Source: Octopus vulgaris (taxonomy: Eukaryota). From it: a DNA stretch of 64,000 nt. The notes below the pieces were generated by a model, which did no database searches, was not told the origin of the DNA, and was given only the letters and a program-made list of their open reading frames with translations. How positions within the stretch are numbered: position 1 is the first letter of the stretch; each line of letters starts with the position of its first letter. The stretch covers positions 40,362,001 through 40,426,000 of the forward strand of contig OX597830.1 of assembly GCA_951406725.2 (NCBI GenBank), given 5' to 3'. Below are positions 54,226-64,000 of this stretch, piece by piece. The position numbers were made by a program, and so were the translations under genes.

Positions 54226-57138
54226 GAAGAAAGAGAGAAAGAAAGAACGAAAAAAGAAAGAAAGAAAAGAAAATTTTATAAAAACACTTTATCTTTTGAA
54301 AATTTTCGTAATTGAAATTTTATTTATTTATCTATAAATATTTTTTTATTTTTTTATTTTATTTTATTTTTTATTTTTTTTGTTTCTGTTTCTGTTTTTG
54401 CTTTCATTCAAAAATCAGAATTATAATTTCAGAAAAATATTATTTTCTTAAAACTGGTTTTAGAATAATTAAATAAATAAGAAAAATTGTTAATGGTTCT
54501 GTGATGTTATGAACTGCAACTCTGAATTATTATAGTCAGGATTTTATTTCAATAGCACCATCAAGGAATATGGTAAAGAAAACCATCTAGATTGCAAAAT
54601 AAGTTGATAATTAGGCTGGTTTGTTGTTTCCTTGTTTTATTTTAATGGTCAAGTCAAGAGGAAAGGTCAGTGTGTATGACCTTTGGTGGACCACCCAGAC
54701 TGTGGTGACATTGATACAGTTGCTGTTCAATTTGAACATCAGTAATTTAACCCTTTAACATTCACATTATTCATCATCATCATCATCATCACGGTGGTAA
54801 TTTGGCAGAATCGTTAGTACGCTGGGCAAAATGTTTAGCAGCATTTCATTGGTGGTGGTGGTGACGATGATGTTGATGATGACGATGGTGGTGGTGGTGG
54901 TGGTGGTGGTGGTGGTGACGAGGAGGAGAAGGAGGAAATATATTTCTGGGTTATAGGGCACTCAAAAGTGGGGTTGCCTCATATTTGAGATTGCATAGTG
55001 CTGAAGAAGCAAACATGGTAACTACTTCATGAAAGAAACATTTTAGTTGCCTAAAAACACACAAAAATGGTTAAATTCAATTAGCTTTCATTTCTTGAAG
55101 AGCTCCAAGCAATGACATTGGTCATCGTTAATGCATTCAGTTAAAATCAAATTGATTCCACACAGCAACAACTTAAATTCAATACATTTGGCCCACAAGA
55201 AAACTGTACCCAAATATCTTGTCTTTTATCTTTTACTTGCTTAAGTCATTGGATAGCAGCCATGCTGGTGTTGGGGCACCATCTCAAAGTATTTCAGTTG
55301 AACAAATTGGTCCCTGCACTTAGATTCTTTTATTACTTTTTTAAAGTCAAGTACTTATTTAATCAAACTTTTTAGCTGAACTGCTAAGTTACTGGGACGT
55401 AAATAAACATACAAGGAAACATGTGAGGGTTCCTGACAGGAGGGATATCAAGCTGTAGAGGAACCTACCCCAGTAAACTCCATCTGACCCAAGCAAGCAT
55501 GGAAAAGTGGATGTTAAAATGATGAAGAGAGAGAGAGGGGAGGAGGGGACTGCAAGCTAAAAGAACCACTCACCAATTCTGCAGTGCAATTACTGTTGCT
55601 GCAACAAACATTAGTGAACTACACCTTTTACAGTACATACTCAAAGGTTAGTAGATTGAGTTACTCAGATGTAGCAGTTGTTATCAGCCCCAGATCAGCT
55701 CTGATCAAGCAGGTCTATGGTCAAAGATATTCCAGCTATGATCACCTCATGTTTTATTTAGGTATAGTCTTATAAAACTCAAATGTATAATAAAATGGGG
55801 TTTTTCCCCCCAAGTTTCAAGAGAGTAGAATATCACTTTGGGTAGGTTTGGCTGCTATTTTTAGCAAGTTGAGTGATCATGTATACATTCTTTCATTAGC
55901 ATGAAGTTCACTCATTATCTCTGGGTCTGTTGTCATTGTTGTGAAAGGTCGCAGGTTCGATCTCCGGTATCTCCACCGAAAGCAGAGAGCTGGCAGAATC
56001 ATTAGAGTGGCAAACAAAGGTGGTGAGGCAGCAAAGTTATTTGTACGCCATGCAAAAGGCTTAGTGGCATTTTGTTTGTCCTTACATTCTGAGTTCAAAT
56101 TCAGCTGAGGTCAACTTTGACTTTTATCCTTTCGGGGTCAATAAAATAAGCACTGAGATCAATGTAATCAACTAGCCCCCTCCCCAATAATTTCAGGCTT
56201 TGTGCCTATATTAGAAAGGATTGTTGCTTAACCCCAGATCACACTGACTTAGTCACAAACGTTCCAGTCATGACCAACCCATCTTTATTTAGAAATGGTG
56301 TTATGTAGGACTACATCATCCAATGGATTTTTTTTTAAACAGTAGGATGTGATTTGAAAGACATTTGGTTGTTATTTTTAGCATGTCAAACAACTTACAT
56401 TATTTACATTATGGGCACCCAGTGAAATTATAAGCAAAGTTGACTCAACAGGGATTTGAACTCATAATCACCATCACCATCACTCAACATCCCTTTTGCC
56501 ATGTTAGCATGAGTTGGACAGTTTGGAAAGGGCTGGTGAGCCAGAGGACAGCACTAAGCTTTCTTGTCTTCTCTGGCATGGTTTTTATGGCAGGAAGCCC
56601 TCCCTAATGCCAACCACTTTACAGAGTGTACTAAGGGTGCTTTCTATGTGGTACCAGCATCGGCAGGGTCATCAAGTAACTTGAAAGGCAAAGACCTCTC
56701 AACTGGGAAGGGGTTAGCATTGAGGGAGGTGGTTTTGTGCCAGTTGATGAGAAGTTAAAGGGACAGAGATGGGTGTCTTGCTGTAGTGAGATACATAGTT
56801 ACCCTAGTTGGAAAAGAAAGGAGAGCAAGCCCCCACAAATAGGGGTTGGATACTAACTTCCATTTCTTCATCAAACTCCTATATTTTCCAGTATACAATT
56901 TGATGTAGTAGATGATGTACACATTCAAATATTGTCACTATCTTTCCAAATCCTGCTACATTTCACATGGAATTTTGGGTTCTTTAAAGTCATCTTGATG
57001 TGTAAGTCAACCTACCATTTTGGGCTGTAAATTTTGGTCTAAAAAATTCAATTTGCATGCTAGAAAACACAAATGAAAAATAAAAGGAAAAAAACTATTC
57101 ACAAAAGAAGAAATTTATCAGACAGTCTTGTTCCATAC

Positions 57139-57298
57139 CTCAGAAAGTTTGGGGTCTGAAGCAGAGTCATAGACTTCAACTTTGACTGGAACTGCTTCCC
57201 GAATTTTCTCATTAACCGATACTTCCAAAGTAGCCATTTGAGCAGGTGTCATTTCTGGAGTGTCTAGTTCAATGAATGATATTTTATCACCAAGAGAC
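57139..57298 (-). CDS. AARSD1: AARSD1 (AlaX-type alanyl-tRNA editing protein) internal exon, 160 bp
   Basis: Minus strand reads cttag|G TCT CTT...TCT GAG|gtatgg, encoding (W)SLGDKISFIELDTPEMTPAQMATLEVSVNEKIREAVPVKVEVYDSASDPKLSE. This matches my recollection of vertebrate AARSD1 'ELDTPSMTAEQVAAIEQSVNEKIR'. Ends in phase 0. Confidence 0.93.
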
Positions 57299-57539
57299 CT
57301 AAGCAAGAATGATAGGGAATGATATATTAATTAGAACTGTCTTAGAATTTGGATTTTGTCACAGTTTTTGCAATATTAATTCATAACATTCCATAAAGTC
57401 TAATATTAGAAATGAATACAAATTGATAAATGTAACATTACGTAATTATTATGGAAGAATATTATTCATTTTGTTTTTGGATTTGGTTTGCAAGATTCTT
57501 TATGAGTTTGTGTGTTGAAACATGTTTGTGTGTTGAAAC

Positions 57540-57652
57540 ATATTGTTGTGTCTGGGGAGAGTCATTCTCTTTTATTGCCTTATAATTTAACAGTGAGTCT
57601 GTTAAATTATAAGGCACTAAAAGAGAATGACTCTCCCCAGACACAACAGTAT
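57540..57652. repeat. Near-perfect 54-bp-arm hairpin with 5-nt loop
   Basis: Left arm atattgttgtgtctggggagagtcattctcttttattgccttataatttaacag, loop tgagt, right arm the reverse complement with 2 mismatches. Confidence 0.92.
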
Positions 57653-58217
57653 ATTATTCATAATTTCATTTCTATTTCGTTGTGGTTAAATTGTCAAACA
57701 AGGTAGCAAGCTGGCAAAAATTGTTAACACATCAGAGCAAATACTTGCTGACATTTTTTTCTGACTCTTTACATTTTGAGTTCAAATCCCAGTCAAGCAT
57801 TTCCAGTCAAAATTTCTGGCTTTCATTCTTGCAACACACTACCATCCAATTCAGGAGGAGTGTTACAATCTCAGTCACTTATATGCCATGGAAACCAAGT
57901 GACTGGTCTTGGGAGACCAAGGGCTAAAAAAAAGGGACATTTGTTTTCACCATTCATTTGATTATTCCAACATGAACAACTTACATATATATAATCATTA
58001 AAATTATCATCATGCCCTAACGTCTGTTTTCCATGGTGGTATGGGTGGTTTTTGTGTGGCACCTGCACAGGCACGGGCCCTTGTAGGTCAATCCTCTTCA
58101 TCAGAGTAAGTGGCACTAACACTTTCTGCTTTTGTGGAGGATGGGTCCACTTGAGTACAACAAGGCATTATATATCTTAGTCCTTTGTCATCTCCTTTGT
58201 AACATACATACATACAT

Positions 58218-58267
<50 letters not shown>

Positions 58268-58269
58268 AC

Positions 58270-58344
<75 letters not shown>

Positions 58345-61300
58345 TTCAGGTATAGTTGAGTGGTTAAGTAGCTTGTTACCTAACTATATGGTTTCAGGTT
58401 CAGTCCCACTGCATGGTACCTAGCACAATTGTCTTCTACTATATTCCTAGGCCAGCCAAAGCATTTTGAGGTAGAAAGTGAAGGCAGTTTATTATAAATG
58501 TGCATGTGTGTGTGTGTGTGTGTGTGAGTGCATTTTTTTTTATTTTGTTGCCTCATTCTGACATGGTGTGATGCTTGTAAAGAAGTATTATTTTTATACA
58601 AACAAAGTTTTTCATTTTCAATATTCCATATAAAACAAGTCTGACCATAGGGAACTATTACTTTGCTTGGAAACAGATGAGGGTTTGTAATGGGAAGAGT
58701 ACCCAGCTGTAGAGAATCTGTCTCAAAGAATTCCATCTGACCTATGAAAGCATACAAAAGTGGACGTTAAAACAATGGTGATGATGATGATATTCATTTT
58801 CTCCAATATTTTAATTTTTTGTTATATTTTTCAGTCCATAAATTTGTTGTAAATAATGTCATTATTTATTGAGTGGTTGTTGTCTTTTGAATAAAGTGTA
58901 CTTTAAAAAAAAAAAAAAAGATGAATTAACTCCATCTGAACTTAATACCTATGAGTTGATGGTTCAATAGTTTGGCCATTTCACTTCTGCCTAACAAAGG
59001 ACTCTTTAAAGCATTTGTTTGTCTTTTTATGAATATGTGAAAATGCCATAAAGGGAAAATGACAAAATGTCAGCATGTACAAAGGAAAGCAAACCAATAA
59101 ACTATTTTACTTTCAATACATTTACACTAGAATATTCCAAGGATGTAATCATGATTAGTTCACAAGGAAGACACTGACAGGTAAAATTAAATTCTATCAA
59201 GTGACAAAAGAGAAGACATCATAAACCAAATTAATAGTTAATCAAGTTACACTTTTCAAAAGCATACTTGGTTATTTCAATTGAATTTTTAAATTGGCAA
59301 AGAGCTTGCACTGAGTTTTATAATAACAGAATAAAATTACATTAAAAATAAAAGTCAGTGTATTAAAACTGTGTGGAAAAGGAAAATTTATCAATGTTTT
59401 GGGCATAGGCTCTTTTTCAAGTTAGAGAAGATATTATGAAAGGGAGGTAAAGCATTGTTCATATATTGTTTCAATAGTGGTAATTTTCATTTTTCACATG
59501 GCTTAATACATTGAAATCACTTTTATTTTTAATAATTTTCATTAGATTGCTTTTTCTAGTGCAGACCCACAATTAGATTCCCCTAAATTCTGGATTTGAT
59601 GTTATTAGAATAATGATTTCTTTCATTGCTACGAAGTTGATTTGGTACAGGAGGAATCCTGTTCACTAATTTGTTCACAGAATATCACTGGTATTCATTT
59701 TATTAGCATAAGATAGAAGAAAGCTAATTGCACATTTAGATTTCATATCGTAAAAAAGTCTGAAGGATGACAGGATGACAAAATTTGAAACAGCAACAAT
59801 CAAAAAAAAAAAAATATTCTAAAGAAATCATTAACAATACTGTTTTCTTTTCCAGGATAATGCAATAAGTCATAAGTGTATTCTAGACAATTCCAATCAC
59901 CAACAAGCTAGTTTAATATTTTTAACCTTTGATGAATGCTTGTTAATGAAAATAAAAGTAATAGCTTCTTGATCTGTTAATAGTTGAAAAATGTTTTTTT
60001 ATTCAATTAACTAATGTCTCCACTTTCTGTCACTTTCAATAATAGCTAAGGCTTCCTGTTAAATCAAAGGACGTTTTTGTTTACGTGTAGTTAATGTTCT
60101 TTAAAAATAAGTCGTAAGATAATTATTTTGCAGAAATGTATCAAATATTGGCCACCTCAGAGACATCAGTTTAAAGTACAAATATTTCAGATTCATCCAC
60201 TGTTTGTTCTAAGTAATAGCAGCAGACACAGCAGCAGCAGCTAACTTTAAAAACACAAGATTTGAAGACTATTTATTATCAAAAATCACATTTTTGTGAT
60301 TCTATTAAAATATTATGAGAATTTATAAAAGTAATTTTGCTTTATTTGAACAATATGGAATTCACCTGGAATAATAACGAGAACATTCTGAACAGTGTTT
60401 GAAATATGTTTTTTTGTTTTTTTATTATTATTAGGAGGTATATCTAGATTTAGAATTCTATGATAAATTCTACATCCAAGAAAATATAACAGGTTAAAAT
60501 AGGTAGCTTGCATGTTACACAGACACTTATTCTCATGTGAAAGTAAATTGACTACCTTTGATAGCCTTATTAAACTTTTCTAAATTTTGATTAGGTTTCT
60601 CTTGACTTGTTCCATAACCAATAACATCATTAATATAAGTAAATGTTGCATTAGGTGATTAACTGTAATTATGGTTGCTAATTATACTTTGAAATGGAGC
60701 TCCAACATTCAACTAAAAAGGCATTCAGAAAACTGGTTTAATTTTCAGTTACTTTCAAATGCCATGAAGAGTCATTCATTAATTAGTGTGTAACTTGTTG
60801 GTGCCGGCATGGCTGTGTGGTAAGGAATTTACCCATCACATATATCTGTCTTTCTATCTCTTACTTTCCAAGCAGGCAAGCCATGTGTTCATGTTTTTGG
60901 CAAGACACCTGCTCCTCTCCCTCTATTGCAGTTTCTTTCTCAAGTCTATACCCTGCTCAATTGAAGGGTCTTCTCTGTTAAGTACTTGGCAACCTCACTG
61001 GCACTGATACTGCGTAAAAAGCACCTGGTACATTCTGTGAAGTGGGTGGCATTAGGAAGGGCATCCAGCTGTAGAAACCATGCCAAAGTAGATACAGAAC
61101 CTGGCAGAGTCCTCGGGCTTGTCTGTTCTTGTCGAACCATTCAACCCATGCCAGCATGGAAAAAGGGACTTTGAATGATGATGATGATGATGATGATGAT
61201 GATAATGATGTGTGTGTGTACATGCACATGCACACATGCACCTTTATGTTTGTCTCTCATCACCACTTGGTAATTGGTGTTGGTGTGTTTATGTCCCCAT

Positions 61301-61666
61301 AACTTAGCAATTCAGCATTAGAGATCAACAAAATAAGTAGCAGGCTTTACAAAAGTTCTAAGTACTGGGATTGACTCATTTGACTAAAACCCTTGAAGAC
61401 GGCGCCCCAGCATGGCCACAGTCCAATGACCAAAACAAGTGAACAAGTCCAACCTGCTACAACACACACATATTTTGAGGGGTTAATTACCAGATTTGAA
61501 ATGAAAAGTAAAGGAAATGCATCCAAAACGGTTGGGGTAATAATTTACTGTTATTCTTAGTTTCTTAGAATTTTTTTTGCAAAGCAAAACTTGGAATATG
61601 CTTTGAAGAAACATGATTCATTTCAGCCTGAAATAAATCCTGTCTGTTCAGAATTAAACAGTGGTT

Positions 61667-61703
<37 letters not shown>

Positions 61704-61733
61704 CAACAGTGGTGATGGTGGTGTTGGTGGTGT

Positions 61734-61772
<39 letters not shown>

Positions 61773-63460
61773 AAATGGTGGTGGTGGTGGTAGTATTAGT
61801 AGTGGTGGTGGTGGTAATAATAGTAGTGGTAGTGGTGATGGTGGTAATAGCAGTGGTGGTGGTGGTAGTAATGACAGTAATAGTAGTAGTGGTCATCGTA
61901 GTAGTGGTGGTAGTGGTAGTAGTAGTAATAGTAATGCTGGTGGTAGTAGTAGTAGTAGTAATAATGGTGGTGGTAGTAGTAGTAATAGTGGTGGTGGTGA
62001 TGGTGGTAGTGATGGTAGTAGTAGTAGTAGTAATCGTAGTCACCATTGCTGTAGTCATAACCCTTATCATCATCATCATCATCATGTAATCTTCCATGCT
62101 GGCATGGGCTGGAGGATTCGACAGGAACTGGCAAGCCTGGGAATTACTCCATGCTCCACTATGGTTTTCCACAGCCAGATGCCCTCCCTAATGCCAACCA
62201 CTTTACAGAATGCCTTTTACATGGCACCAACAGCAGTGAGGTCACCAAGAAACTTGCAGGACAAGAACCCCACCCTTCAACTGAGAAGGAGGAGTATGCA
62301 GGGACAGAGAAGGTGTCATGCATTAGAAGACAGACATGGCTACCACAGGTGGAGGGAAAGAGAGAGGGAGAGTAGAGGGAGGAGATGGTGAAGATGTTAT
62401 AAAGAGGGGAAAGGGGCCGTGTACCCAAGATACAAGGAGGTGTATATAGTGAAGGGGTCCGAGGATTGGAGGGGGCAAATGGAAGGGTGGGCGAGTGGAT
62501 GGCTGAATGGATGGGTGGGTGAGTGGATGGGGAGTGGATGGTTGGGCATGTGAATGGGTGAGGATGGGTGAGCAAGTGGATGGGTGGGTGAGTGGCAGGG
62601 TGGGCGAGTGGATGGGTGGGTGAGAGGATGGGTGAGCAAGTGCACAAGATTGCAAAAGGAGAGTGAGAGATGGTGGGAGGGGGCAAGAATGTAATGACTG
62701 GGCACAGGTACAGAGAGAAAGAGAGAGAGGGGGGTATCAAGAGGATACACTGAAGGGAAAAAATTCAACAGGGACGCATAGAGTACAAATTGGTAGGTAG
62801 GTGGGCACATGATGGAGAACGGAGAGGATTACAGAGGTGGTGAGCATGGGCGTGGGGGGAGGAGGGTGTCAGGATGCTGGGTCAATGGGGAAGGGAGGGG
62901 AGAGCACGGGCATAGCGGACACGCCTTCATAACGGCTTCTAGGCAAGTCTATAAATAAAGTAGTTAAATCACAAATTGAGAAAATAGTTGCATCACCATT
63001 ATAATTATCTCCACGCTTTTGTGAAAAGACATAAAACTTTGTCTGAGCAATAAAGCTTGACAAAGATCATCCATTGTTGGATATTTACATTATTCTAAAC
63101 AATGTTGCTTAAGGGTTGCATCACAAATACCAAACCCTCTAATTATTTTCTTGTGAAGCCATAGTAATTATACAAGTAGATTTAATAGGCAATTTCATGT
63201 TTACTGCAACAGAGGTGTGAGTAACATTTTCTGTACTTTCTGAATCAATTAAAGTGTAACATCTTTATTGTTCATTGTATTTGTAAACAACTGGCTTCAG
63301 GCTAACGATATGAAACAGCCGAGGGTTGTGAAACTTGCACTCAATGACATTGTTGTAATATTATTATTTAAGGCGGCTTACTCGGTAAACCTCTCCATTT
63401 GTGTCTGTTTGTACCTTTGTATTCGTGTCCCTGTATGTTCTGTGTAGGCCCATGTGGCCA

Positions 63461-63875
63461 GCTATATTATTAGCATTATCCTGCCTTTGAGAATTTAAAA
63501 TCACTTCTTTAACTTTCTAAGACATCTCAATGCTTCTAAAGCAAACTTCATTTGTTTGTTTACGTTCATCATAATTTGAATTCAATGTATGATAGCATCT
63601 CATAAAGCGAGATTTCTATATATCTTAAATTTATGGAAGAATTTGTGGTGTGGGCAGTTTAGCTTAATGGTTCAGAGCACCACGACACGTAATCACAGAG
63701 GTGTGAGTTCGAGTCTCATAGCCAGCCGCTATGGGGTAGCTTATCCTGTTCAGGCTATATTATTAGCATTATCCTGTATTTGAGAATTTAAAATCACTTC
63801 TTTAACTTTATAAGACATCTCAACACTTCTAAAGCAAACTTCGTTTGTTTGTTTATGTTCATCGCAATTTGAATT
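63461..63875 (+). repeat. 122-bp direct repeats flanking a tRNA-like segment
   Basis: 63461-63582 closely matches 63754-63875. Between them, 63653-63728 has an A box TAGCTTAATGG, a B box GTTCGAGTC and plausible D and T arms, but poor acceptor and anticodon stems. Confidence 0.7.
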
Positions 63876-64000
63876 TATTAATATTTAAGGTGGTGAGCTG
63901 GTAGAACTGTTAGCAAGCTGGGCAAAATGCTTAACAGTATGTTGTCTATCCTTACAGTCTGAGTTCAAATTTTGCCAAGGCTGCTTTTGCTTTCTATCTT

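Noticed and set aside
55877-55930. 'DPEIMSELHANE' as an AARSD1 exon
   Set aside because: It is out of order and lacks splice sites; the true homologous exon is 8292-8346.
58945-58995. AG...GT-bounded segment of about 42 nt on the minus strand as the upstream AARSD1 exon
   Set aside because: It does not encode the expected QHLITA...TTSW segment. That exon was not found in 57300-64000.
61591-62391. 266-aa Ser/Gly-rich ORF
   Set aside because: Degenerate (GTA/GTG)n repeat running into a SINE.
62455-62690. G-rich gagtggatgggtgggt repeats as a telomeric or functional G-quadruplex element
   Set aside because: It is a degenerate simple repeat, not TTAGGG, with no evidence of function.
63653-63728. 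Functional tRNA gene
   Set aside because: Acceptor and anticodon stems pair poorly, so it is treated as a tRNA-derived repeat.

Overview
This is AT-rich eukaryotic DNA, dense in repeats and microsatellites. The repeat landscape suggests a coleoid cephalopod such as Octopus; that is an inference from repeat style only. The only host gene I can support is AARSD1 (alanyl-tRNA editing protein, AlaX family) on the minus strand. I reconstructed seven consecutive GT-AG coding exons by hand (160, 117, 131, 67, 92, 55 and 95 bp; 57298 down to 1179). They splice in frame and carry the CCGTH zinc-binding motif; the first and last exons lie outside the window. The 3-14 kb introns are filled with tRNA-derived SINEs and LINE fragments (CR1, RTE, Tx1/L1, R4/Dong-like). 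They also hold a decayed two-LTR Gypsy element containing a Helitron, a solo LTR, mariner-, pogo-, piggyBac- and Merlin-like DNA transposon derivatives, and two minisatellites. The most unusual signal is a set of small elements with minimal type-I hammerhead ribozyme motifs. The best example is a head-to-head inverted element at about 42460-42965 that joins a tRNA-derived Pol III head to a hammerhead. Several near-perfect intronic fold-back hairpins also sit close to AARSD1 exons. Nearly all other ORFs in the supplied track are microsatellite or SINE artefacts.
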